Below the pieces are notes generated by a model. The model was not told where the DNA came from. It worked only from the letters and a program-made list of their open reading frames with translations, and did not search any database. Source: Eledone cirrhosa (lineage: Eukaryota). Taken from it: a stretch of 64,000 bases of DNA. The stretch lies in contig OZ024745.1 of NCBI GenBank assembly GCA_964016885.1, positions 100,006,001-100,070,000 on the forward strand. The letters are read 5' to 3'. Below are positions 62,301 through 64,000 of this stretch, piece by piece. Each line of letters opens with the position of its first letter. Within the stretch, counting starts at the first letter, position 1. A program made the position numbers and the translations under genes.

Positions 62301-63087
62301 GTGTGTTTGAGAACTCTGACCCATGACCCACTCAGGAATATATGGGAGAAGAAGAAGAAGAAGAAGAAGAAGAAGAAGAAGAAGAAGAAGAAGAAGGAAA
62401 AAAAAGGAGGAGGGGGATGTGATTCTAAAATTTCTTTTCTAAACAGTTAATGATTAAGAATGAGAATTTCCATAATTTTGAGAATGTTTCAAACTAATTA
62501 GATATTTGATCAAGAGACATGCAATGAGAAATCAAAGGAAATATTAAGAAAATATGAAGCATGCACAGAAAAGAAGCTGCCTAAAACATCTATATGAATT
62601 TTCAAGGGAAAAATACAGAGACATTGTATCTATTTCCTGTCAGTTATTTTATGTAAATGGAGAAGGTAAAGAAATATTTATTTATTAGTGACAGTAAACA
62701 ATGTCAAAAATTAACACTATTAAAACAATTAGATTGAAGTATATAGAATCTTTTATGATATTATCTCAAGCCAGAGTGTTTGAAAGAGCTAATATTTATT
62801 TGGTATTTATTTTATACAATTGGTTCATGGTATTTCCTATTACAAGAGTGACAAGAGAGCATCAATAACTTGGTGGTGCAGAGAACTTTGTTCAAAGAGT
62901 ACCAATTTGTCACCAATATATATATATATGCAAAAGATATAAATATATATATATATATGTTATTAGGTGGGTAACTTGTAGTCATTAGTGGTGATGCTGG
63001 TTGAAGCACTCAATGCTATTACTGTGTATTCTCTCGTTAGGTTGTGCTCCAGGTTTAAGGCGGCTGTAGTTTGCAGAGTATATATAG

Positions 63088-63284
63088 AGTGACAATAAGA
63101 ATTGCAGCTTTTTGTAAACTTTATTACATATTACAATTTCTTTCCATATCGATCTGCTCAAGATTGATCAGGTGTCAATTAAGAATCGGTATCCGATCAC
63201 ATGATCACACCCGTGCTGATCGCTATGGAAACAAATTGTAATATGTAATAAAGTTTACAAAACGCGACAATTCTTATTGTCACT
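63088..63284. repeat. Fold-back inverted repeat with hammerhead-like 3' half
   Basis: agtgacaataagaattg..tttgtaaactttattacatattacaattt mirrored by GGAAACAAATTGTAatatgtAATAAAgtttacaaaa..caattcttattgtcact, beside (TA)n. Confidence 0.7.
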
Positions 63285-63295
63285 TTATGTATATA

Positions 63296-63362
<67 letters not shown>

Positions 63363-63524
63363 AAAACATTGATGTAATTCAATTCAAGAACTTATATATA
63401 TATATATACACATACATATCATGTTTCTGGAATGCTCAGCCACTTGCACGTTATTTTCACAAGCAGGCTGTTCTGTTGATTGTATCAACTGGAACATTCA
63501 TCGTCATAACCGATGGAGTGCTAT

Positions 63525-63572
<48 letters not shown>

Positions 63573-63900
63573 ACATATATATGGAAAGTTAACCAGGAAT
63601 CTTTCAAAATCTCCCCACCGAAGTTAACAAAGAACTTACTAGATCTACAAAACCAAATTGTAAAATCATAATATTATAAAATTAAATTAAATTGTTTAGA
63701 ACTACAGGTGAAGTCATTCTTTTCCTATTTTAAAATATACCTAACTGTACTAAGGATTTCACACATTTTGCAATATATATATATCTAATGTCTGTCTTGA
63801 GCCAGAAGGCTCATTTGGCCAGAGCTTATCCCGGTTTCAAGGCATGAAGCAACTGAGAGTACGTACAAGACTCCCCCCTGGACAGGACGCCAGTCCATCG

Positions 63901-63941
<41 letters not shown>

Positions 63942-64000
63942 GCATGTATGTATGTATGTACAACAGGTTTATGCATAAGTTTTCATCTACCAAATTTCCC

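Overview
AT-rich, microsatellite-dense animal DNA. The repeat landscape suggests a cephalopod such as Octopus, which is an inference. It is not prokaryotic and has no CRISPR. The one well-supported gene is the 3' end of an RPRD2-like gene on the + strand: a 105-nt exon at 8099-8203 splices in phase to a large terminal exon at 12170-14460, and a possible alternative short terminal exon lies at 3513. The rest is mostly mobile DNA: several RTE LINE families with partner SINEs, a CR1-like LINE fragment inside a tandem duplication with a 47-bp satellite, a Penelope-like GIY-YIG remnant, a Helitron, a DD37D mariner, piggyBac-type MITEs, a hAT remnant, and an IR/DR Tc1 element interrupted by a very young non-autonomous LTR element. 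Two observations stand out. First, many long palindromes next to (TA)n tracts carry outward-facing minimal hammerhead-ribozyme motifs and look like inverted termini of Penelope-like retroelements. Second, the LTR element's tRNA-Trp primer-binding site runs about 32 nt, with a mismatch exactly at tRNA position 58. All calls are from manual reading; no searches were run.
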